A DNA stretch of 64,000 nt, taken from Octopus bimaculoides (taxonomy: Eukaryota). Positions 27,880 through 40,959 of this stretch are shown here, one piece after another. The position numbers and the translations under genes were made by a program. Location of the stretch: NCBI RefSeq assembly GCF_001194135.2, contig NC_068983.1:27493433-27557432 (forward strand). The letters run 5' to 3'. Numbering within the stretch: position 1 is the stretch's first letter; each line of letters starts with the position of its first letter. Under the pieces are notes generated by a model that searched no databases, was not told where the DNA came from, and saw only the letters and a list, made by a program, of their open reading frames with translations.

Positions 27880-28310
27880 GCTAATGAAAATAGCCGACCA
27901 AATCATCTGGCAAGCAGGTTATTTAAAGTCTAGGATACTATCCTTCTTCTTAACATTCCTCTTTTGGGAGCAGAATTATGAACGATAAAGTAGGAACTTC
28001 AAGATGGCCTGATGACACAGCACACGGTTTTCCTGAAGTCTCAAAATGCTCCGTGGTTTGAAGTAAAAGGGTTTATTTATGGATGCATTACACCCATCTC
28101 AGATGTGGTTGCTCAGCACAAAGCTGGCTTTGCTTACCAGGTTGCATAAAAGGTTATATTTGTAAGACTTTTGCACTTTAGTATATTACACATATCATTC
28201 AACTTCATTGATGTATTGGCAGTGACGAATGAAATTGAGGACTTAACAAAGACAATGCAAGGCAGAGATTCCTGGCGCACCATCGTAAAGTGCATCTCAG
28301 TTCTCACCAC
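27880..28310 (+). mobile_element. RTE-type LINE 3' fragment, decayed
   Basis: Relic translation LLGAEL*TIK*ELQDGL..LKSQNAPW..IYGCITPISDVVAQ..FIDVLA..EIEDLTKTMQGRDSWRTIV follows the RTE C-terminus (LLYGxETW..YG..PIS..MxDRxxWR). Confidence 0.6.
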
Positions 28311-29982
28311 GTAAAAATTGTATATGTGTGTTTGCGCGGGTTTGTGTGTGTGTATGTGTGCACGCGCGCATGTGCTCGCGCACATGCTCGCGTGCATGTA
28401 GAGTTGTTTTTATATATGTCTGTACCTGCATTTATCACATACCTACATCGACAAAGAGACAAGAAAAGAATTTTTATAATCAGTGCCAAAGCTAATTTTC
28501 GAATTTGTTTTCTGCGAATACAATAAACTGCTAACAAGGAAATTAAAATATTATTCTTAACGGCAACGTTATAACAGGAATGAAAGTTTTAAGATGAGTG
28601 ATGCCAGTTTAAGTAAAACGAAACCATGATGATAAGTGTAGGAAATAAATGCCCCAGAAATAAACTTAGAAATGTGTAAAATGCCTACCACGCAATAACC
28701 CAGTATTAAGACTTAATTGTTGCATCTAAAACTCAGTGACGTAAAATACCATCGTGATTTTGATGATGAGTATGGTTGAGTTGAAGATGTATCAGCAATC
28801 AATACAACATAGAAAGTTATTCATATCATTCAAAGTATTCATAGTTTAGTTAAATGTGAAGTTTGTGTTTTTTATTGTGTTCACTTTTAGTCTAAATTCT
28901 TCTTAGCACCAAAGTAGTTTGTATTACACAATTCTATGGCATCAATATATAATTATGGAATTAACATTCCTCTGTTGATTATAATTTTCCCAAGAATCTA
29001 TAATCTTACTCTTGGGAAAAAGAATTAGACGTTGTGGATGTAAACCACATAAAGTATAACATTTAACAACAATACATCCCTCGAGGTTCGTTGCAAAGCA
29101 TTTTGGTCAATGAATTCTTATCTAAGACATTACACAATGGTTCCAGCAGATGTCGATTTAATACTCAATGAATGAAATATAATTATGACATTGAATGTTA
29201 GAAGTGATGCCACCTCCTATAAATATAGATGCATAGAAGAGTAATGGTTTAAGTCGTTTTTTAATTGATCTGCATAGCAAATAATTAATTAAGTAGCATC
29301 AATTTTAATTTTAACGTGGGCGGTAGAGAGAAGGCTGTGGAAACGGCAGACAAGTCAAAGTGACTTATTAATTAAAGATCTTTGCAGTGTTTAGTTACAT
29401 CTATTTATATTCTGGAGGTGAAATCCCGCTTCAGTTGACTTTGCCCTTTATGAACTTTATTTTAAGCAAGCTTTAAATACAATACAAGGTACAAATGACT
29501 TTGTGCTATGAAGGAAAAACAGAAACTGAGACAACACCGCAAAAGACTGAGTTCATTCCTCGCCAGAAGTATATGTACATGTACGAGGTACTTAATGGAG
29601 AACGGACGCTGAACAGTTTAAAATCTTGTGTTAGAACATGTACATTGTGTTACATATTATGTAAGGTTTGTTGATTGATGAAAACAATTCGTTCACAGCT
29701 AAGATGTGTTTTTTAACACTGGCACTAAGTCAGAATTTTAAGGGGATAAAGCAGTTTAATAGATTAAATTCATTGTTTGATTGTAACTTACTTTCTAACT
29801 TCAGAAGAAAAAATATATTATTGCCTCGCTGGGATTTGGAAATGTGAACGGAAATCAGAACCGATATTCCTTCGAGTATTTAGTCATTGAATTGTCTAAA
29901 AGCAGCACAGATTTTTTCTTAGGATTCTATGTTTTTTTTAAATCTGATGTTCTGTTTATAGTAATAAAATACATATCAAAAG

Positions 29983-30196
29983 AAGACAGCGAACTCACTG
30001 AACATTTAGCACGCCGAGCAAAATGCCTAGCGGCATTTCGTCCATCTTTCCGTTCTAGGTTCAAATGCCACTGAGGTTGACTTTGCCTTTCATCATTTAG
30101 GGGTCAATAAAATAGGTACCAGTTGAGCACTGTGGTAGATGTAATCGACTTACGCCCTCCTCAGAAATCGTTCACCTTGTACCAAAACCAGAAACC
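29983..30196 (+). mobile_element. SINE family A, near full length
   Basis: TAGCACGCCGAGCAAAATGCCTAGCGGCATTTCG..GGTTCAAAT..GAGGTTGACTTTGCCTTTCATC..GTACCAGTT..GAAACC. Confidence 0.85.
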
Positions 30197-30220
30197 AATA
30201 ATATATCTAAAATAAGCATA

Positions 30221-30480
30221 ATAATAAATAAATGCTCCCTTTTAAAGCTTAGCCAGGCTCATGGGCCCGGTTTCCCGGTTTCAATGGGGCAAGTGTTACC
30301 AGCTGGACGGGACGCCAATCCATCGCAGCGTTACTCATTTTTGCCAGTTGAGTGGACTGGAGCAACGTGAAATGAAGTGTTTTGCTCAAGAACACAACGC
30401 GTCGCCCAGTCCAGGAATCTAAACCACAATCTAACGATCATGATGCTGACACCCTAACCACTAAGCCACGCGCCTCCACC
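30221..30480 (-). mobile_element. Full-length tRNA-derived SINE with a perfect 12-bp TSD
   Basis: AAAATAAGCATA at 30209-30220 and 30481-30492. A box TGGCTTAGTGG. AT-rich tail. Confidence 0.92.
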
Positions 30481-31585
30481 AAAATAAGCATATAAATACC
30501 TTAAAATCTAATGATGAGTCAAAGAATGACGAAAACGGTAATCATTGAAAATTGAATGTCAGAAGGAGATTCTTAAATTAGATCATACAAAATATACATT
30601 TTTGTTTTTCAGAACATTTTAAACCCATATAAATGCTAATAAATCTGTCATTATATTTGGGCATTTGAGGTTATGATGTAAGTCATTGAATACCTTATTT
30701 CAGGAGTTTGATAGAATTCTTTAAATTCTTAGGCATCATTAATACATACAGATATTTGTTTCTTTACTTCTTATTTTTATTATATGCAAACAAAAGAGAT
30801 CTAGCTTCTTAGCACTAGGGTTACAACAGAGTTGGCGACGGAAGAAAGAGAACCAATGACGGTTTAATCACTCCCCCTATATTCATACCTTATTTACTCA
30901 AACACATCACCAGAGAACTAATTAAAATAAATTAAAATGAAACAAAATACTATTTTCTTTTTCGGTGATGCCTTTTAAAGATTTTTTTAAAGATTATTTT
31001 CACTGCTATCATTTTTCGATGCGTGTGTGTATGTGTGTGTGTGTGTATGTGTGTCTGTGTTTCTGTGTGTCTGTGTGTTCCAGTGTGTGCGCGCGTGAGC
31101 ATGCATGTGTGTGTGTGCATGTGTGTGCACTTAAGAAATGCGACAATATTTTGACGTGACTTTTTCGTTTACGATAGCAAAAATAATTTTGAATGAGTAA
31201 ATTTATTCCCTCTAAAAGTGTCTTTTCCATGTGCTTCCTTTAATGTGATGTGAGGAATATGTAATTTTTTTATAGCTCAATATGCAGCTAATGGTTCTGC
31301 GTTGCATTTTAAAATTGAATGACACTTCGTGGCCCCAGAAACGTGTTACAGTTCCTTAAAATACAAAATTTATTAAGCAATAAAACTAACGAAAGAAAGC
31401 CCTACTACATTTGGTGGTGGATATTGCCTAAGTACTGGAATGTGAAGGAATTTAGTTTTAATTATTTCATCTCTTATTCATTTTATATTTTATTTCATTA
31501 TGTATATATTATTTTTAGTTCTTTACAGTTAAGAATAAAAAAATCATTGACGTAATATTTTTGTCACTCATGTGCGAGGACTCAC

Positions 31586-31647
31586 TTTGTGATAGAGATA
31601 AAAGATGGAAGAAATTACAGTTTCGATATCAAATGCATTCAGGGGAA
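31586..31647 (-). CDS. Candidate exon (62 nt, phase 1-0), PLNAFDIETVISSIFYLYHK
   Basis: cattcatttcag| acceptor and aaa|gtgagt donor. Only one frame is open. Confidence 0.22.
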
Positions 31648-31889
31648 CTGAAATGAATGCAAGTTAATATAATTTCTACTTAAATATAATTACTGCTTTT
31701 AAGTGAGATTCCTTGGCAGAATTGATGAGAGCGCTAAACTGAATGTCTCGTGTTATTCTGTTAATTAAAATCCCCTCTCGATTCCAATTTAACATTTTAT
31801 TTATCAATGGGCGAAGGTGGTATGTCCAATAAACTTCCAATGCATATATGCTTTATACAACATTACTTTTTACCCTACCCATTTGTACA

Positions 31890-31929
<40 letters not shown>

Positions 31930-31995
31930 NNNNNNNNNNNNNNNNNNNNNNNNNNNNNNNNNNNNNNNNNNNNNNNNNNNNNNNTACACACACAC

Positions 31996-32140
31996 AATTT
32001 AAAATTTAGGGTTCAGCTAGTATTGCCTCACCGCACACTAAAAAATTAGAAATAGCAACCAAAAATAGTAGTTTTGGCTGCTATTTCTAATTTTTCGGTA
32101 TGGGGTGAAGCAATACTTGCTGAACCCTAAATTTTAAATT
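31996..32140. repeat. 145-bp foldback (69-bp arms, 7-nt loop), MITE-like
   Basis: Arms 31996-32064 and 32072-32140 have 7 mismatches by manual count. Confidence 0.92.
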
Positions 32141-32232
32141 ATGTTTATATATTTACCGATAATGGTTTTTAACACACCGAACTACTTGGAAAAATTACTA
32201 ATTATCAATTAATTATTCATTTTTACCCTATG

Positions 32233-32268
<36 letters not shown>

Positions 32269-32947
32269 AGTAAAAATAAATACAAAAAAAGGGTTTTTTT
32301 GTATGATTGTGTATAGAGGAATATATTATTTTGTTTAAAAGAGTTCCAACACTGTCTGTATATATATATATATATAGAAAGACATACAAACGTTAGCAGG
32401 TGTGAGGCATGTTTTCACATGAAACGCTGTGTACACAATTCATATTGTGTAATGAAGACATAGTTACAGCTAATTCGAATGATCCGTGACTGGTTGCAAT
32501 ACTAATGCAATGTGTTTGGTGTACGTACTAACAACATCATTTATACATTCATATGTATCTCTGTGTGTGCGCGCGCACGTAGGAATGTGGGTAGGTAGCT
32601 AGGTAGGTAAGTATGTATGCAAAGGTTTGATACCCACAATCGAAAAAATAGCTAATCAATACATATAAATGTGTCTGCATGTGTATGATATATTTGTGTG
32701 TGTGTCTGTGTGCATGTGTGTGTGACTGTGTGGGGCGGAAGGAGCTTTATATTTAATTACTCATATCACAAACATAAAATATCACTGACGAAAAAAATCA
32801 CTGAGTTGAGATATATCATATTGATTACGGTACACAATCATTTTTGATTAATTAATTAAAGTCAAAGAAAACCAGAATGCGAACGAGAATTGTTAGTGAC
32901 TGTAAAGAGAGAAAGAGGATTTGTTTTGTGATGTATTAAATACTCAC

Positions 32948-33182
32948 AGTTATTTCCCTTGCTTGGCGGTGGAATAGTCTGATATTTTATAGTTGAAAAA
33001 TAACTCTGGGCATGTTTTGGTCCATTATCACTTATCAGGTCAAATATTATAATTTTGACGCATGCCTGCCGAAACGGCTCACAAAGAATCTCACCTATTT
33101 CATACGCAATTCTTTTTCTACTTTCAGTAATGATACAGTAGCCATACTGGTGCACCACTTTGTAGGATCTATTCGAAAGAAT
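32948..33182 (-). CDS. Candidate exon (235 nt, phase 0-1; alternative donor at 33095)
   Basis: 78 open codons between tttag| and act|gtgagt. No recognisable homology. Confidence 0.2.
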
Positions 33183-33251
33183 CTAAACTTATTAATTATG
33201 GTACTTATTGTATAGATCTCTTTGCCCAAAAGCTATGTTACGAAGATGCAA

Positions 33252-33674
33252 GCAAACTGACACCAATTGTTTACAGGTGATGAGGACAATTACAAAGAAC
33301 GATAAATACACACACAAACGCGCGCACGTACACACACACACACACACACATGCACACACCCACACACGCGCACACACATATATGCATATATTGATATACG
33401 ACGGACTTCCACGCATTTTCCATCTGCCAAATTCTTTCACAAGGCATTGGTTGTGTTTGGGCAAACTGACACCGGTTGTCTAGCGGTGATGGGGACAATT
33501 ACAAAGAAAGATAAATCCACACACAAACGCGTGCACACGCACACTCACACGCTTACACTCATACACATACACACACATGCGCACGCACGAACGTATCTAC
33601 ATATGTCTATATACGACGAACTTCCATGCATTTTCCCTCTATCAAATTCTTTCATAAGGCATTGATCGTGTTGG
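33252..33674. repeat. Tandem duplication (about 209-bp unit) of a decayed SINE-B-like segment
   Basis: GCAAACTGACACC starts at both 33252 and 33461. Both units end in AAATTCTTTCA(C/T)AAGGCATTG. Confidence 0.85.
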
Positions 33675-34476
33675 TACTATAATAGAAGATACTTGGTAGT
33701 GTACAATGAACCCAAAATCACGTGGCTGCAAAGTGAAATTGTGCTCAGTATAATTTACATGATTAAAAAACAAAATTAGTTTGGGAACTCAAATCTAGAT
33801 CCTTCGACTATTATAGTAATAACTAAAGCGTTATCTATGATCACTGATGTGAAACTCTCTTCTGTTGCCTTCTGTGATATTAACAGATCTATTTGAAATG
33901 CTTTGCCTTTGAATAGCCAAACTTCTAGGAAGACAATTTTAGTCAATAAATTATTGATTTCTTCTTTAAATACAAAGTCCTTTCTAACACATATGCATCC
34001 TAATATGATGATACTGTGAAGCGTATGTTCTACTGGTTAAGCGTTTCAGGAACGCAATCGTGAAGTCGGGATCTCGAATCCCAGACAATGCGATTAGTAG
34101 TGTTCTTCAGCAAAGAGTTTTATTTCCTGTTAATTCAGCACTCTCGGCCAATAACAAGAAGCAGTAGTAATATGAGGGTTAATTCAGCGATGACCGGGTT
34201 TTCGTTCAGTGGGGCTGTGGTCAAATCGCAGTCGTTTAAATGACTCAAAATCTGCAATAATATTCGGATTCATGAATTTCTTAGAACACGAGAGGGTTAA
34301 TTAACATATATTTTTTTTATTCTGAAGGTATAGGCGTATAATAGACATTGGTAAACCCCAGAAAATTGAATTTACAAATTGCCTTATCGGTAGTAAATAT
34401 CTTTTCTCACTGAGAAAGGAAGAATCTGGGAAAATTATAAATATATAGACGGACAGACAGACAATCAGTCAGACAA

Positions 34477-34477
<1 letters not shown>

Positions 34478-34544
<67 letters not shown>

Positions 34545-34595
34545 GTAGGAAGGTAGGTGGTAGGTAGGTAGGTAGGTAACTAGGTAGGTAGCTAG
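34478..34595. repeat. (GATA)n-(GGTA)n microsatellite
   Basis: Read directly from the sequence. Confidence 0.95.
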
Positions 34596-35727
34596 GTAGA
34601 AATCTCAGCTACATAAAATTCAATCTAAGCATGTACAAGATTTGAACTCGCATGTTAATTTACACAGCGCTACTATACTTCATCGACCATTTCTTTGGCT
34701 ATTGAAATATTGATTACTTTAAAATAAGCAAAGATAAAACAAACTCATATTGTGACATGTGTGCGACGTAGAAGATGAAATATCGTGATTTTCATTCTAT
34801 AACGAAACCAATATAAAACATCCAACGTTGATGCAATAGATTAATCATTTACGTTCCCTCAGTACGTGAAATTGGAAGTTTAATCAATATCAGTTCCTAA
34901 GTGATCGATATTTACGCAATGTTAAATCTAATTCTCAAAATATCAGTAGGAAATGAGGAGAAAATAATTAAAAGCTAATATCAATAATAACATTATTAAC
35001 ATTTTAAACGGTTAAAAGTTAGCAAAAAAATTATTTATTTATTTATTTATTTGGTATTTTTGTGGATGAGGTATTTCAAGAGTTCAGTGCCACTACAGAT
35101 TTGTTTTCAGTCTCATTATGTTTGTTTACTTGTAACATAAGAAACAAACTAAGGAATTAAATTCGAATAAAATGTCAGTCGAATGGTTATCTTTAGCTTA
35201 AAAAAGATCAGACAAAAAGTGCGTTTAACAAGGAAATGAAGATATCCAAAGTAATGATGTTTATTTCATGTATTGACTTAGACTATACATATATACATAT
35301 ATACTATCAAAAAAAATATTAACAAAGAGATAAACTTAAACCTCTGGCAGCTTCTTTTTGTTGATTAATCCTAGGTTAGACATGATAAGGCAAACATATT
35401 ATCACAGGTATTTTTGTTGTAAAGCGGCATAAGATCAAACGAAGCTTTGCCGTGGGCCTACCGTTTATTATTTTGATTTTATGTTACAGAATATTATTTT
35501 TTTGACATTCTTTTATTCAAAAATATTGATTGAGATTTTAGATAGATTTGCCCGCTGATTTTAGCAAAATAGTTTAGCTTTTGATGCTCCAAGATTTGGG
35601 AGTAAGGAGATTTGCCGTCAATGTTTAATAGAAAATAATCATTCCACTTTCATTATATTTTTGAAAATTATAACTTCAATTTAAGCACACACACACACAA
35701 ACGCTATGCTTCGGCTGATATGCTCAC

Positions 35728-35970
35728 GGGCATATGGCGTAGTGGTTAAGAGCACGGGCTACTAACCCCAAAATTCTGAGTTCGATTCCAGGCAGTGACC
35801 TGGATAATAATAATTAATATTAGCATCGAAAAATATTTTAGGCATGAGAACCTAGGTTAGAAATTTCCCCAACACACCTGATGAAGGTGGGAGGGTATAT
35901 CAGCCGAAACGTTGTGTTAACAAGAAACAAGATGAGGACAAATATCCATCAAATGTAATATCCATCAAAT
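35728..35970 (+). mobile_element. tRNA-headed SINE with a hammerhead-like 3' module
   Basis: A box TGGCGTAGTGG (35735) and B box GAGTTCGATTCC (35778). An AAT-rich linker precedes the CTGATGA...GAAAC motif. Confidence 0.75.
35871..35918 (+). ncRNA. Minimal type-I hammerhead ribozyme-like motif (partly decayed)
   Basis: ACAC-CTGATGA-A-GGTGG(GAGGGTATAT)CAGCC-GAAAC-GTT-GTGT. The core is intact, stem I has 4 bp, stem II is imperfect, and stem III is the palindrome AACGTT. Confidence 0.55.
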
Positions 35971-36358
35971 GGTTTGATACATGGGTATTTTATAATATTT
36001 TAATTTAATCCACGAAATATATCCAAAAATGGAACATTATAAAACGTGTGCATATATTCATGTATGAAAATGGGAATAAAAAACGAAATAAAATTTTAAA
36101 TAAAGAAAGATTTTAACACAGCACACACTACATAAAGGCGATATTTACTTCAATGTATCACGGTCCAATGTCACTTTAACTGCGTAAAACTTCGAGATCA
36201 CTCTTAATAGTAATCTTGTTTAAGAATAATAAAGTTCTACTCTCCAAAAGGTATAAAGTAAGCCAACAGTTTAATGTTAAGCTGTTTATATTATAAATGA
36301 ACCTGACAAACAAGGCTGGTCTACTGGTCCTGTCAAATCTGGTCCCGCTAAATTAGAG

Positions 36359-36389
<31 letters not shown>

Positions 36390-36896
36390 NNNNNNNNNNN
36401 NNNNNNNNNNNNNNNNNNNNNNNNNNNNNNNNNNNNNNNNNNNNNNNNNNNNNNNNNNNNNNNNNNNNNNNNNNNNNNNNNNNNNNNNNNNNNNNNNNNN
36501 NNNNNNNNNNNNNNNNNNNNNNNNNNNNNNNNNNNNNNNNNNNNNNNNNNNNNNNNNNNNNNNNNNNNNNNNNNNNNNNNNNNNNNNNNNNNNNNNNNNN
36601 NNNNNNNNNNNNNNNNNNNNNNNNNNNNNNNNNNNNNNNNNNNNNNNNNNNNNNNNNNNNNNNNNNNNNNNNNNNNNNNNNNNNNNNNNNNNNNNNNNNN
36701 NNNNNNNNNNNNNNNNNNNNNNNNNNNNNNNNNNNNNNNNNNNNNNNNNNNNNNNNNNNNNNNNNNNNNNNNNNNNNNNNNNNNNNNNNNNNNNNNNNNN
36801 NNNNNNNNNNNNNNNNNNNNNNNNNNNNNNNNNNNNNNNNNNNNNNNNNNNNNNNNNNNNNNNNNNNNNNNNNNNNNNNNNNNNNNNNNNNNNNNN

Positions 36897-36931
<35 letters not shown>

Positions 36932-37960
36932 TGGTTATGTCTATGTATGTATTTATGTATATGTATGTATTTATATGTATATATAAGTGAGCTTGAATAA
37001 GATTTGTATTTTGTTATTTCGTTTATTTTCTGTTCAGTTAAGTGACAGAAGTAGTTCTATTATGAAAATGACTCAGTTATAGACAAGGGCAGAGGAAACA
37101 TTTCTTTCTGCGTTTGTATGTGGCTGGAAACTCTGGTTTTCATATCTTTGTGCACAGAAACCAAACTAAATTACTCGTAAAACGTATCACATACCCTTGC
37201 TTAATACACTTCTATAATCTACATATACGCATCCTCTACAAATCAAAATGATATTTCCTTCGGCGTTGACGTAGAGTACCGATATTTTTGATTGTATTAA
37301 ACTGGCACTATTTCATGTATGCTATAATGGAGATATTGAGATAACAAAATCTCAGATGAAAATAGAACGAATCGTAAGTAAATAAGATTTTGATAATTAA
37401 CTTACATACTAGCGTTGAATTCGAAAAATGTCCATGGTGATTCAGTAAAAAACGTGAGACTTTCATTCACTCGATAATTATGAATACGTTAGAAAGAATC
37501 AACGTGGGAGATACATATTTAATACAATAATCTCTAATTAATAAGTATTCTTTTATGCAAAAGTTGCTTCTAGAGTTAATGTTAATGGTATGTGGAAATG
37601 GAGAGAATATTGGTATCGGTTTTCATGAATAGAAAATATTATTAATGATATCTTGCTTTTTGTTTCCATGTATTTTTTTTTCTTTTGTATTACATTTTGT
37701 GTTCATTTTATTTTTGCTGACTCAGAAGTAATAATCAGTAAACCGTATGGAATATTTGAATTAATTAGGGAAAAGCTTTCATTTATTCCCACAACGTTAT
37801 TTTGGAGAACAGGCATTTTATATATATTTGTAAGCTAAATTGCGTGACATAATACTTTGAGAAAAGTGTAGAGTATATTTGCCAATATCAATTTTGTACA
37901 GTTTCACAATGTACACAACAAACACACAGACATAACTGACTTACTTATATGCACGATAGC

Positions 37961-37996
<36 letters not shown>

Positions 37997-38821
37997 GAAT
38001 AAATTAAGAACTGGAGTCAAACCCTGGAATTTCTAGCTTTATAAGTAGAATGTAATATCCTTGGCACCTATGTGAATCTTTGCTAGCCTGGAAACTATTT
38101 ATTTGTTTCTTCCTTGTTATTTGTACACGCTGAAAAATATACATACATATATATACATATGTATATATATATATATATATACATGTATGTATATATCTGC
38201 TTATGTATATATCGAAATATATATATAAAGGAGTTTGTGTTTGTGTGTGTGTATGTTCCATAAGATACATACACACACACAAACTCTGTTTTATATATAT
38301 ATAGATATATGCTCATGTGTGCGTGCGTGTGTTTATGTGTATGTGTCTGTGCGTTTGATCTTTCCAGTTGTTGCTTTTCTGTTAGTCATGGCCTGGACAA
38401 GTCTGGTCAAAACTTATCTAATTATATAAAGCTTCACCACTAATTCAGTTCTCAACTAAATTGCAAACTGCTAATAGTTTTAAAGAGGACACCTCCTCAG
38501 CTACACTTTGGCATAAATAGTTTGAGATCTGGTTCAGTAGAATAAAAAAGTTACAACAAAATATTTCAGCAACGCAGATATTCATCTTCAATTAGCATAA
38601 ATCTTTTACTTTTAAAATAAAAGCATAATTTTCTCAGGCTTAAAGGATAGAAAATGCATGAAGAATTCAGAATTGTTAGTCGCATTGAACAAAAATTAGT
38701 AGAAAAAGAGTTATAAGATAAAATGTTACAAAATTTATTGTCAATAAGAGAGGAAGTAAGCAGTAACGCCGCAAGCAATAAGAATAAAGAATATATTTCT
38801 AAAATGAATGTTTATCTTTTA

Positions 38822-39273
38822 AGGCGGCGAGCTGGCAGAACCATTACCGCACTGGGCGAAATACTTATCGGTATTTTATATGTCATAGGTTTTGAGTTCA
38901 AATTTCGCCGAGGCCTACTTTTATCTATTTCGGATCTATTCAATGTGACGTACAGTTTATTTAATTAATTTTTTTTAACTGAACATTTTGAAACCTCCGA
39001 TACTGGTAGAATGTGTCACATAGAACAGTGCTTACTTTTAACGTTTTTGACAAAGATTTATATTTTAGAAGCGGTATTTGGTCCGTCTTTACGTTCTAAG
39101 TTCAAATTCTGCCTTGGTCGACTTTGCCTTTCATCCATTTCGGATCTATTCAACTAGATGTACAGATTATTTAATTAATTTCCTTTTAACTAAATACTTT
39201 CAAACTGGTAGAATGTGTCACGTACAACAGGGTTTACTCTTAACGTTTTGGACAAAATTTTGTACTTTAGAAG
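38822..39273 (+). mobile_element. SINE family A head followed by an old tandem duplication (about 203-bp unit)
   Basis: Units 38869-39071 and 39072-39273 both contain SINE body plus ATTTCGGATCTATTCAA..ACTGGTAGAATGTGTCAC..TTTAGAAG. Confidence 0.8.
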
Positions 39274-39375
39274 TTATTTCGTCAGAAGTTACAGAGTGAC
39301 AATGGACGAATTCGTATTTGATATGTGCCAATGCACGAAACTCTTAACTTTTGACTTACTCTCTAATTTCTGCTG

Positions 39376-39442
<67 letters not shown>

Positions 39443-40181
39443 TACATTTATGGGTTTAAAAAAATCTCATCACCTAATCGAACCAATGAAAGAGCCTCTA
39501 CCTGGTCGCTCGACACACTAAAAATAGCAGCCAACGTATCCCCTTACCTAAATCACACGTCCATTGTATGTAATGATTATCCGTAGACAGGTTAATGAAG
39601 GCTGGAACGTCTTTGATGATACGTTTGCAGAATCAGAGTTGATTTGAGGCTAAATATCAAGAACATTAGGGCAAATTTCTTTATTAACCCCTGCACGATT
39701 TTCACTAAGGAAAAAATCCCCCAAAATTTGATTTTTTGCGTGGAATCAAGTACGCTGACCTCTTGACATGCTGCAAATCCCTTATTTTGGTTCGGAAAAA
39801 ATGAGGTGGGATGATACCCCAGCCCAATCCCGGAATCATTGGAATTTTTGTTTTCGTTCAATGAATTCCTGTGATCTCACAATATTGAAAAATTAGGTGA
39901 CTTAGGGTGAGCCTCGTAACTAATGGTTTGGGAGTCTTGTTGTCTGTATCTTTTGGTGAGCCATGGTGCAACCAATAACATGGTAAAAAATCCCTGCCAT
40001 TAATTTGGTGTGGATGGGTATTATCAAGTAATTCAATCACCACATATATTTAAATTATACATGAACAAAATTGAAATATTATCATCACTTGCATGGAAAA
40101 TTGAAATATTATCTTTCAGTATTTTATAAGATAAAATTTTAAATTATTAATTTATACATTAATTACCTGGAAAAATCATGG

Positions 40182-40906
40182 ATTACATGGAAAAATGCGA
40201 ATATGAAAAGTACTATTCTTAAGATTATGAACCTGGAAAAGTACAGGACAAATTATTACACCTGTAAAAGTACAGGACAAGCTATTACTTCTAGTCAAGT
40301 AACGAATAAGAAACATTTTACTAAAAATATCGCAGCTAAAATATTAAAATTTGAATATTAAAACTTCTTTTATTATAGTTTACAAATAACACTATACTTG
40401 TTTAAATAGAATTTGGCTTATTTACTACCTTAAATACAGAAAAAAGTGACTAATTAGACAAACTTACAAATTAGCTGAATATTTTTGTACAATAAATTTT
40501 AAATATGAGAACTGTAAAGTGTGATAAATTAGAAGAACTGGCATTCTTTGCTGCAATATTTTAAGTAAAAAGTTTCTTATTCTTTACTTTACTAGAAGTA
40601 ATAGCTTGTCCTAGGTGTAATGACTTGTCATGTACTTTTCCAGGTTTATAATCTTTATTCTTTTATTCTTTTAATTGTTTCAGTCGTTTGACTGCTGCCA
40701 TGCTGGAGCACCACTTTTTTTCTTTTAGTCAAGCAAATCGACCTAGGACTTATTCTTTATAAGTCTAGTACTTATTCTATCGTTCTCTTTTTGCCGAACC
40801 GCTAAGTTATGGGGACGTAAACACACCAGCATCGCATGTCAAACGATGTTGGGAGGACAAATACAGACAGACAAGCACGCACGCACACACACACACACAC
40901 ACACAC

Positions 40907-40959
<53 letters not shown>

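Noticed and set aside
33000-33040. LISDNGP resembling the integrase SDNGP motif
   Set aside because: No other DDE or HHCC context; a five-residue match is expected by chance.
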